In this document: positions 53,392-64,000 of the stretch, piece by piece
Numbering within the stretch: the stretch's first letter is position 1
Layout: every line of letters starts with the position of its first letter
NCBI GenBank assembly: GCA_951406725.2
Contig: OX597832.1
Coordinates: forward strand, 21,700,001 to 21,764,000
Source of the DNA: Octopus vulgaris
Lineage: Eukaryota
Length of the DNA: 64,000 bases
Direction of reading: 5' to 3'
Program-made: the position numbers and the translations under genes
The notes under the pieces: model-generated
Databases searched by the model: none
Told to the model about the DNA's origin: nothing
The model's input: only the letters and a program-made list of their open reading frames with translations

Positions 53392-53990
53392 ATTAAGAGA
53401 AATAATCTCTATTAGGCAATTCAATAGTGAAAGATATTATCTATATTATATAGAAAAAATTTAAATATACTATAAATATTCAAAAATATCAATAAATTAA
53501 ATAAACATAAAATTGACTACACGCATTTTGTGACTATATCTTTAAATCAATAATAATAAAATCGATACTATTAAAATTAATTTGATTTAAAAATGTAGCT
53601 CTTCAGGTTTAAAATAATAAAATAAATAACAAATAAATATATGTATCGTAACAATAAATAATCAAATAAAATTTAGCAATATTAATGAAAAATAAAATCA
53701 TAACTTATCTTTTTGAAGAATTCCAGTTAATTCTATATTTATTTGTTAATTACTATATGTTAAGATACATATATTTATTTTATTTTAACCTGAAGAGTGG
53801 CTATATTTTTAAATTGAATTAATTTTAATAATATCAATTTTATTATTATCGATATAAATAGTCAATTTAATGTTTATATAATTTATTGATTTTTTTAATA
53901 ATATTTATTATAGTATATATAAAATTTTTCTATATAATATAGATAATATCTTTCACTATTGAATTGCTTAATAGAGTTTTTTCTCTTAAT
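53392..53990. repeat. ~600-bp AT-rich imperfect palindrome (fold-back)
   Basis: ATTAAGAGAAA..CTCTATTAGGCAATTCAATAGTGAAAGATATTATCTATATTATATAGAAAAA pairs with its reverse complement at about 53925-53990. An inner CTCTTCAGGTT / AACCTGAAGAG pair is also present. Confidence 0.85.
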
Positions 53991-54129
53991 CATATGTATA
54001 TATTATATATTGTGAAATTTAGAATGAGCATAAACATTATGCTCATTAGAATTACTAAATTGAATTTTTCCCTGTAAGTTTGGAATTCCCTACTATTATT
54101 ATTCATTATAATATTACTATATATGTATA

Positions 54130-54348
54130 CAGGGTTGCCCAAAAGTAGGTTTACAATTATCACGTAGGCACTTTAAATTTCTTTTAAAACATTTTATTAC
54201 AATTAAATTTCTATCTTACAATTAACTTAATTAGCATAGAATAATGGTTTCATTTTTTTTATATATATATAATTAAGATCTAAACTGTTAATATATGAAT
54301 GCAAAAGAGATAGTTTAATAACTATAAACCTACTTTTGGGCCACCCTG
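54130..54348. mobile_element. Tc1/mariner-type MITE
   Basis: TA|CAGGGTTGCCCAAAAGTAGGTTTA...TAAACCTACTTTTGGGCCACCCTG TIRs. Confidence 0.75.
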
Positions 54349-54374
54349 TGTATGTATGTATATGTGTATGTATG

Positions 54375-54432
<58 letters not shown>

Positions 54433-56378
54433 TGTATAGGTACAGGACATCACCGACAGTAAACAACATGATATATGAAAACAAATAAATTAAATACGCA
54501 AATCACGAGTGTGAAAAAGGAGAAAACAAGACAAAGAACGACCCTTCATCAGTTGTCGACTGTCTATCTACTCCCCATTTCAAGCATCCATTTCCAAGTA
54601 TATGTATATATATATAATACTTATTTAAAATACAGAGACCTACTATGATCCATTATATACAAAGGAAAATCATTTGAACATAATTATATGTAATTTAATC
54701 AAAGAAAAAAAATATGTATATATAAACACTTTCTTTTGTTTATGGAATAAGTTAAATATATGGAACAATAAAAAGCCATAGTGATTCTGTTAGATTTTGT
54801 TGTTTTTATTATTATATTATTTTAAAAAAATAACAGAATCAAATGTGATTGCTTTGCTGTTTTTCTTCTGAACCTCTTATTCTTCCATCTAACAATTCAG
54901 CGCCATTATTAAAGTTCTTCTAACTTCCATTCTTTGTTCATGATTTGGCCACATGTTCGCACTGCAACATGTTGGAAATAAAGGACCCTTTTTGTTGTTT
55001 TTTTGCAACAATCACATAATGCCAAGGCAAAGAGACACAAACACTTACACACATACACATGGACACACACACACACACAAACATATATATATGTGAGTGT
55101 GTGTGTGTATGTGTATATATAAAGCACTGGTGCCCGTGGCACGTAAAAAGCACCCACTACACTCTGTAGTGGTTGGCATTAGGAAGGGCATCCAACTGTA
55201 GAAACCATGCCAGATCAGATTGGAGCTTGGTGCAACCGCTGGCTCTCCAGACCTCAGTAAAACCATCCAACCCATGCCAGCATGGACAACGGACATTAAA
55301 CGATGATATGGAGGAGAAGGAGGAGTGGCTATAGGTGCAGGAGTGGCTCTGTGGTGGTAAGAAGCTTGCTTCCCAACTACATGGTTCCGGGTTCAGCCCC
55401 ACTGCGTGTCACCGTTGGCAAGTGTCTTCTATTATAGCCTCAGGCCAACCAAAGCCTTGTGAGTGGATTTGGCAAACAGAAACTGAAAGAAGCCCATCAT
55501 ATATATATATGTGTGTGTGTGATTTTGTTATTTGTGTCTGTGTTTGCCCCCCCCCACCACCACCATCAGTTGTTGCTGTTGTTGTTTCCGGTAATAATAT
55601 TCTTGTTGATGTTGATGATGACGCTGTCATCATTTGTTCTGCTGTAGATGCTGCTTCTGCTACTGTTACTACTGCAGGGGAAGTTCCCTGCTGAGTCGAA
55701 CAGTCCTTAGAGATGGTATCATGAAAGTGCCCCTTCAAACCCAAATGGCCCAGACCAATCATTGTCTGAGCCTTAAGCAAGGGAGCTGTGGTTCCCAACC
55801 TTTTCACTATCGAGAATTGATGATTTATTGAGAAGCAGCGCTAAAGCTGCTCTGATATGTAACCTCCCACTAGAATCCTTGTGAAGGCGTGTAGCCTAGT
55901 GGTTTAGGGTGTTGCAGTCAGAATCATGAGGTCATGGTTTCAATCCCTAGACTGGCTGTATATTGAGTTCTTGAACAAAACATTTAATTTTACATTCCCA
56001 GTTCATTCAGCTGTAAATGGATGACTTTGTGATGGGTTGGTGTACAAGGGGGAGATGGTGTCTCAGGAAATCACCTGAACAGAGCTCTCACAAACCATGC
56101 TTTGTATTCAGTAACCAAAAGGACGAATAGTACAACCCGTACTGTGAATCCCGACTGGTTGGAATTGGTTATTCAACATCATCGAAGATTAATCAATCAA
56201 CCAACCAATCAAACAGTCAATCAATCAATCAATCAATCAACCAACCAATCAATCAATCAGAATCCTCATACTTTGATTGTCTTAGCTGCTGTTGCCAAAA
56301 AAAAACAAGTGAAGCAACAGGATAAGACTAAAATATTTTCTAAGTCAATAAGTTTCACCTCTATATTCCAGTATATAT

Positions 56379-57418
56379 TGATATGGAGGTCAATTCGAAA
56401 ACAGTGCTATGACCTTCTTTTGCTGGTTTGTAGTCTTGAAGTCTGGGATATAAAGTTATTGTCCTTTGTTCTGCCATTTTCTGGAGAGAGTGATGACTTT
56501 TGAAGAGACCTTCGACCCTGTGCCGGTCAAAGAAGGGTCGAGGAAGCTACCCTTTAAAAAGCGGGGGCTGTGAGTCTGTTGGACAGTCGGGGAACAGAGC
56601 GAGTTGGTGACAGGTGGTTCCGCCGGAGACAGTGAATGTGAAAGACAGACAAGCAAGAGGATGATAGCGTAGAGGAAGACAGGCAGATAGGATTAAGAAG
56701 AGCGAGAGGCAACGACAACATTGAGAAAGACATACACAGAGGATTGAGGAGGTGAGGGAGATTACGGCGTGAAGGCATTGGCTATTTGTAGTAGCTCGTA
56801 ACGGTATGTTTGTTTATGTTTTGATGTGTTAAAGAAGGAAAAAGAATTGTTGAAATGTAAAAGATTGATGTGAAAAAAGGAGGAAGAAGTACTGAATTAA
56901 AGAAATGAGATTATAAAGAACATTGTGAATTGTGTTACAGAGTTGTTGAAAAAGAAAGAGAAAGACTCTAATGTAGAACATTGAACTCTGAACTATATTG
57001 CATCAATTTGAACCGTATCGTTAATGTGAACATTATTTGTTTTAATTTGATCTGAACTGTTGTCTCCGGACTGTATATTGTACCTGCATGCTTTGATCTT
57101 GTTAATTTTGTTGCATGTTATTCTCTTTGATGTACCTGATGTATTTTACATTGTATTTGATGTCGTAATTGTTATAAACTGTTCTTAAATGTAAGCCAAC
57201 TGCTTTCCGCCGTGTCTCTCTGTATCTCTTCCTGTTGCTGTTGTTATTGTTGTTATCTCCGGTCGCCGGTTGCCGAGTTCGCTGCCACCTTCCCCCCACC
57301 GAATTCTCTCGTTCCGTGGCGGATTCGTCGATCGATCGAGCCGGTCGATCGTCGTCGCTCGACTTAGTAGGGTCCCGGGTTTTCCGAAGAGTTTGAGCGA
57401 CGGCAGGTATTCGTAACA
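56379..57418 (+). mobile_element. Probable solo LTR (Gypsy-like)
   Basis: TG...CA ends (TGATATGG / TCGTAACA) flanked by ATAT on both sides. TATA-like TTTAAAAA about 25-30 bp before CAGTC, and a GC-rich U5-like end. Confidence 0.5.
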
Positions 57419-59339
57419 ATATGAATGTTTGTTTGTTTTTTTTTATTTTCACAACCCCCCTGCAGATATATAGTCCACTGCCCCTACTGGTATCACCACC
57501 TTGCTTGTAAACATCTCATCACTTAGATCTGATTTGTCAACTCTTTTTACCCTTCCCTGATTTCATTTCACCCATCTTGGAAACCTCCACCAACTTTCTA
57601 AACATCTGAGTCTCCGTCTACCACCTTACGATCATGATGCTGACGCCCTAACCACTAAGCCACGCGCCTCCACTACACAAATATATAGATGCAAATAAAT
57701 AGATATGATATGTATACGTAAGAAATACACAACACACACACACATAGATCACCGTCCACAATCTCCGTTCACATGGTTAATATAATGGATGTGTGTTAAC
57801 ATACATACATACATACATACGTATGTATTATATTAAGCATGTGTATATAAATCGTGGATGTTGCTGTGATGATTCTAGCGATAGTTTAGTTTGGCAATGT
57901 ACCTAGCCTCCAATGTACCGCTGATGGTAGGCTTGGTAGGAAATAACGGAAGTCCATCTCCGCACTCTTTCTCAAGTACTTATTTACCTGGATTCGTTTA
58001 CAACACACGATATGTTAACAGTTCTAACTGTGAGTATCAAAAAATATGTGAGAAAGAAGCAGACGTTCAAGGAGGGAGTGAGTTTGTAGGAACGGCTTTT
58101 GTGTATTTACGTACGATTTGCCTATACACACACACACACACACACGTACACACACATACACACACACACACACATACAAACTGCGTGTGACTAAAAAAGA
58201 GGTAGGCCGCAATATCGTTGGGACTAGAGGACTATATTTATGGAATGGTGTGGTTATGGCGACTTACATTCAGGACTTGAAGTTTCTTTACCAAGGATGC
58301 GATGATCATTGTGCCTCTTCAGCTACCGCAAGCCCGGTACTGGTAATACTATCAACTATGGGTACCAAGCTTACTACAGGTGAAGCTGTTCTGGAGTCAT
58401 GCCGACTCATCCGGGCCAGTTTCCCGCTTCTATAGAGTATATATTCTTCACCTGGATGGGACGCCAGTCCATCGCAGTATTACTCATTTTTGTCGGCCGA
58501 GGAGACTGGAACAACGTGAAATGAAGTGTTTTGCTCAAGAACACAACGCGTCGCCCGGTCCAGGGATCGAAACTACGATTTTACGATCACAAATCCAATA
58601 TCCTAACCACTAAGCCATACGCTTCTCACCAATTCCAACTACGCAAATGATCGCATGTTAAATAGGTTAAGAAACGATATTTTAGAGATGTTCGTATCCA
58701 CCTGCCTTGAAAGTACTATAGACATTAACATTCCTGAGATCAACTTCTCGGATCTTATTCTTGACTTTAACATTGATCCTTCTAAGTCTTTTAGGAAATA
58801 AAAATGAGGAACTCACATACCATATATTAACGCAGGGTCCTTTTACCGTTATGTATTTTCAAAAAGCTCGTGAAAGCCGTAAGCAGCTCAATCCCCAAGC
58901 AGTCGACCAGCAATTGGTTCTTCAATTACGTAGCCCCTTATTAAAAACGGCATCAAAAATAAAATTCCCTATCATCCTCACCATAGTACCACAAGAAAAA
59001 CGAGGCTCGAGAAAGTCATACGGCTTTCTCCACGTACCTACCCAGCCATCTTCTAAAATTTGATAAACATTTCACACAAGGACACACATACAAAAAATTT
59101 GTTTAATAGGCATACGGTTAAATTCACTTATTGCTACAACCCCTAACATGATACAAAACACAACCGCAGGGGTCCAGCTCTGCTACTGAGGTTGGAAACC
59201 CATGGAAGAACCTCTTTGAGATGCTCCCTAAATGAATCTTGATACCAAGACGATCATATATAAGACAGAAGTAAAATCTACTCACTTATACGAACCAGGA
59301 CCCTAAATATATATATATTGGATTAACCAAGGGAACTTT

Positions 59340-59980
59340 ACCTTTCTCTGTTTCTTCCTTTCTTTCTTCTTTATTTCCTTCTATCTTTCTTTCTTTCCTT
59401 CATTCCCTTATTGATTCATTCCTTCATTTTCATATTTTCTCTATTTTCTTCTCTTTCTACCTTTCCTTCAATGTCAATCAATTTTCCTTCTCTCTTTTTT
59501 CTCCTTCCTCATCTTTTCCTCTTTCCATCCCATTCTTCTTTCGTCTCTTAATCGTTCTTTAGTTTCTTTTTTTCCTTCTTTCAACCTTCTATCTTAACTA
59601 CCTCATTCCCATTCTTCCCTTATAAATATCCTTCTTTCTAACATTCCTTCTTCTCTCTATCTCTTACCTGTCTTAAACGGGAACAGTTGCAGAATAACTA
59701 AACACCTCACTGTATCTAGTTTCGTTCCTTTACGTATAAAAAGCACAAATACCGCCGGGTTTGTCTTCACACCCCTCGTCCTTCTGGGGTAGATAAATTA
59801 GGTACCAGTCAATTATTACAGTGGAGTCGAATAAACCAACCAAATATCTCTGCCCAAAATTCCTGGCATTTACCCAAAGTTGTAAATCGTCTTATTTTTA
59901 TCTTTCTTTCTTTCTTTCTTTTTCCTGCCCTCAGCTTCTCTTTAAACGTCTACTCTCACCACCACCACCACCGCTCTCTC

Positions 59981-60045
<65 letters not shown>

Positions 60046-60279
60046 ATCTATGTATCTATCTATCTCGTACACATACGCATACAGAGTCATTCACATATAC
60101 AGACATACACACTGTCTTGCACGTACCTATTGACATTCGCACACACAACAGGTACAGACACACATGCACTTACACACACACACACACAAACACACTACAC
60201 TTCCTCTCTGTCTCTTTACTCTTTCTTTCCCTCCTTCTACCTCCTCTTATTTATTTCTCTTCCCCTCTCTCTCTTTCCT

Positions 60280-60320
<41 letters not shown>

Positions 60321-61420
60321 GCTCACATCCTTCTATCACCTCCCTATCCGTCTCCCACCTCTCCATACGTTCTTTGTCTCTCTCTTTGCTCTCTCTCTCT
60401 CTCTCTCTTCCTCTTTCCACCTTTTCTTAAAGTTCTTTCTCTTTCTCTCTCTAGTTCTCTCTTTCTTTTTCCCTCTCTCTCTCTCTCTCTCTCACTAATA
60501 CACACACTCACACACATACACTCACTAATACACACACACTCATTAATACACACACACTCACACACATACACACTTTCCCTTTCTCTCTTTCTCTCTCTCT
60601 CATTTTCTTACTCTTTCCCTTACTTCTCTCCTCCACCTCCATTCTCTTTTTCTTTTCTTTCTTCTCCCCTTCCCCATCTTTTATCGTCTGCAAACAATAT
60701 TTCACCACCTCTCTCTCCCCACTTTTATAATCCTTTTCTCTTCTTTCTCACACTGCATCTCTCTCTCTCTCACTCGCTCTCCCTCCCTCCCTCTCCTCTC
60801 CTTTCTTTTTACATTCTTACTTCATCTCTACTCTCTCTTTCTTTCCTTTTCTAATATTAGGTTCCCGTTCACTTACTTTCTCCCATCCCCCCCCCTCTTC
60901 GTTTCTTACATTCCTCCTCCCGCTCGCTTGCTCTGTGTGTGTGTGTGTGTATTCTCTCTAGTCTCTCTCATATTCTTTATCTTTACTCTCTTTCTCTATG
61001 TTTCTATCTCTCTCATACACACACGCTCTCTCTCTCTCTCTCTTTCTGTTTCTCCCTTCCCGTCTTATATTTCTTTCTCGCTCTCTTCCTCTCATTATCA
61101 CCCCATTATCACCCCCTCCCGCTGCGTTTCTAAACCCCACTTCTCTCTTTCGCCTTCCCCCTCTTCCCCTCTCTCTCTCTCTCTCTAACACTTCCCCGTC
61201 CTTCTTTTCTCCTCCCCTTCCTCCTCCTCTCTCATTCTCTTCTTGTATCGTCTGCAAACCTTCATTTTCTTCGTTTCACCCATATTTCCTTTCATCTTCC
61301 TTGTATTTTATCTTTTCCTCAGCATTTCATCACTTCCAACCTATCAAATCTGTTCTTCGTTGTCTGTCATCTACGAAAGCACACCTAACTTTTTCCTTCA
61401 TTTCCTTCAGACTTTTATAA
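59340..61420. repeat. Long polypyrimidine (CT-rich) low-complexity block
   Basis: About 2 kb of mostly C/T sequence on the + strand, upstream of the EF-hand-like exon. Confidence 0.85.
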
Positions 61421-61652
61421 TTAAACAACTCAGATTTCAGCCACTCTGCAAACGAACAGCCGATCAGCAAGCACCTTTACCAAACAAATTAACCATTTAA
61501 GAAACCATTCTGTTTAATTAAATAAATCAAATATAAAAACAAAATAATTTGAAACAAATAATTAACAATACTAATTAAATTAATAAATAAAGGTTGCTTT
61601 TACTGATTTTTTTTTAATAAAAGGACAAATTTTGGTAAAAGAAAAGGAAATC

Positions 61653-61847
61653 ATGACAGAGAATGAAGTCATTGAAGAACGGGTTCTGAATTTGGAACCA
61701 GTTGCCAAGACTGAATTATTGCCTGAAAGAGAAATTAAATTCTATGTGGCTTTCACGGAAGCAGCTGATCCGAAACTTGGTGGAATTCACAAGGAAGAAT
61801 TTATGGATGTTGCCAAACAGATAGGATTTAGTAAAATAACCATTGAG
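61653..61847 (+). CDS. First coding exon of a probable EF-hand (calmodulin-like) protein gene that continues beyond the window
   Basis: Branch-like tactgat, poly-T and AAAG acceptor (exon from about 61624), ATG at 61653, donor GAG|GTGAGT. FYVAFTEAADPKLGGIHKEEFMDVAKQIG resembles a degenerate helix-loop-helix EF-hand. Confidence 0.6.
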
Positions 61848-62175
61848 GTGAGTGATTCTGTCTTTTTTTTAAATTATATTTAAAAAAAAAGAAAAAAAAC
61901 TATTTTGTTTTATTTATCGATGATATGGCGGTGGTGGGGACATTTGCGTGTGTGTGTGTTCATACGTATATATGTGTGTGTACATACACACTTACCTACA
62001 TATATACATTGATACTTACATACATACATACATACATAATATTAATGTTTGTTTTCATGTTCAGTTATAGTAATAACAATTCTACATTAATCTCAGGGGC
62101 TTCTCTATAATGCTGTAGAGTGCAAATTTATTATTCTTAACATTCCTGTTTAAGAATAATACAAACATCGTACAT

Positions 62176-62230
<55 letters not shown>

Positions 62231-62312
62231 TATGTATGTATATGTATGTATGTATGTATGTATTATGTATGTATATGTATGTATGTATGTATGTATATAT
62301 ATGTATATATAT

Positions 62313-62372
<60 letters not shown>

Positions 62373-62944
62373 TTGTATGTATGTATTTATGTATGTACGT
62401 TTATCAATTTGTCTTGCAAGATTCTTGAAACAGATATTGTATTTCGGGACGGTCATTTTTGCCTTTCTGCCCAATAAACACACGCACTATTTATTCGTTC
62501 TTCACTCGTTTATTATTATTCTTATTTTATCTTACGTCCATTGCCTGGAAGTATTTCGTCACACATCTGTGACCTCTTCAGCAACCCTTTCCGTCACGTG
62601 TATCCTCCTGCTCCACTTAATCCATTATAAACACACACACACACACAGAGTCTTTCACTCTGCCATTGTTGTCATCGTTATTCGACAACTATTTTTCCCC
62701 ATCTTGTTTTGCACTTATGTTCTTACTTGTGTGTGTGTGTGCGCGCGCCCACGATCGTGTATAGGTACGTTGTATTTATGGAGATATATCAATGTGTCCG
62801 TATCACTACTCCCGTCATCATTATCGTCAGCATCATCTGTTATGTTATTGGAAGTTATAAAAATTGTTTTTAGGTAAAAAAAAAAACATACTTCATTTTT
62901 TTAATTAAATATCGATTCATCATTTTGATAAAATTCGTATTCAT

Positions 62945-63790
62945 CTCTCTAAATAAATGTTTACCCCTTTGAATTTGCTTCCACCTACTAAATCCGTGTT
63001 CACCTCTTTTAAATTACGTTCACACCTATAAATCTGTGTTTATCTTTTTAAAACGTGAGTTCACCTTTTTAAATTTATGTACACTTTCTTAAATTTACGT
63101 TCACCTCCATAAAATTGTGTTTACTTCATTAAATTTGTTTATATCTGTTCAACCTTATATTAATCTCTTTAAATTTACATCCACGTCCTTAAATTTATGT
63201 TCACCATTTTAAAATTTGTGTCCACCTCTTCAAATTTATGTTCAGGCCTTAAACTAATGTTCCCCTTTTGGAAATGTGTGTTCACTTCTTTAAATTGCGT
63301 CCACATCTTTAAATTTACGTTTACCGTTTTAAAATGTGTGTTCACCTCTTCAAATTTATGTTCATCTCTTAAAACTAGTGTTCACCCTTTTAAAATATGT
63401 GTCAATCTCTCCAATTTTGTGTTCAACGCTTAAAACTAATGTTCACCTTTTTAAAATTTGTGTCCACCTCTTAAAATGTATGTTCATCTCTTGAAACTAG
63501 TGTTCACCTTTTAAAAATATGTGTCAACCTCTCCAATTTTATGTTCATCGCTTGAAACTAATTTTCTCCAAATCTGTGTCTATATCTTCGAATTTATGTT
63601 CATCCCTTTAAAATGGTGTTCACCTTTTTGAAATTTTGATTCACTTTTTTTAAAAATTGTGTCCACATCTTTAGATCTGTGTTCGTCGTTTTGAAATTCG
63701 TATCCACCTCCCCAAATTTGTGTTCATCTCTTTACACAGGTGTTTGTTCACCTTTTCGAAATGTATGTTCACTCCTTTAAATTCATGTTC
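62945..63790. repeat. Minisatellite of ~20-21-bp units (TTTAAATTTGTGTTCACCTC) with 61-bp higher-order periodicity
   Basis: AAACTA recurs at 63372, 63433, 63494 and 63555. Confidence 0.85.
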
Positions 63791-64000
63791 GACACACTGT
63801 GAGTAATGTATATAAGGTGATCTGGAAACATACCTGTCAGTTACTTTTCAAATGTTACACAGGTGGAGGAGGAGGAGGAGGAGGAGGAGGATGGGGGAGT
63901 GATTGAATAGACTAAAAACGAAAGTGATGAAATAATCTTGATCATCATCATTATTGTAATTTAGACCTATTCAACCTTCATTGAACAGAACTATAAACAA

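Overview
AT-rich, microsatellite- and SINE-dense animal DNA. The SINE families and the (TA)/(TG)/(GATA)/(ATT) repeat load strongly resemble an Octopus (coleoid cephalopod) genome, although the species is an inference. Most listed ORFs are microsatellite or SINE artefacts. The main real gene is an 8-coding-exon + strand gene at 24450-48712 (24450-24743, 28581-28709, 29123-29752, 32017-32404, 34459-34572, 37545-37835, 40074-40379, 48402-48712). All introns are GT-AG with consistent phases, giving 2463 nt, about 820 aa. It encodes an HHCC zinc finger plus an integrase-fold core of the Ginger2/KRBA2/SCAND3/NOL4-like type. The DDE catalytic residues appear lost, a histone-H1-like K/T/A-rich segment is inserted, and there is a long S/T-rich tail, so it looks like a domesticated, catalytically dead transposase gene. 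The first coding exon of a probable EF-hand protein gene is at 61653-61847. The rest is fossil mobile DNA: mariner, maT/DD37D-like, an RTE with a 5' inversion, CRE-like, Penelope-like fragments with minimal hammerhead motifs, Helitron-like, piggyBac-like and GG-ended MITEs, a probable solo LTR and three or more SINE families. There are also several structured tandem arrays and long hairpins. Family assignments come from motif recognition by eye, not database searches.
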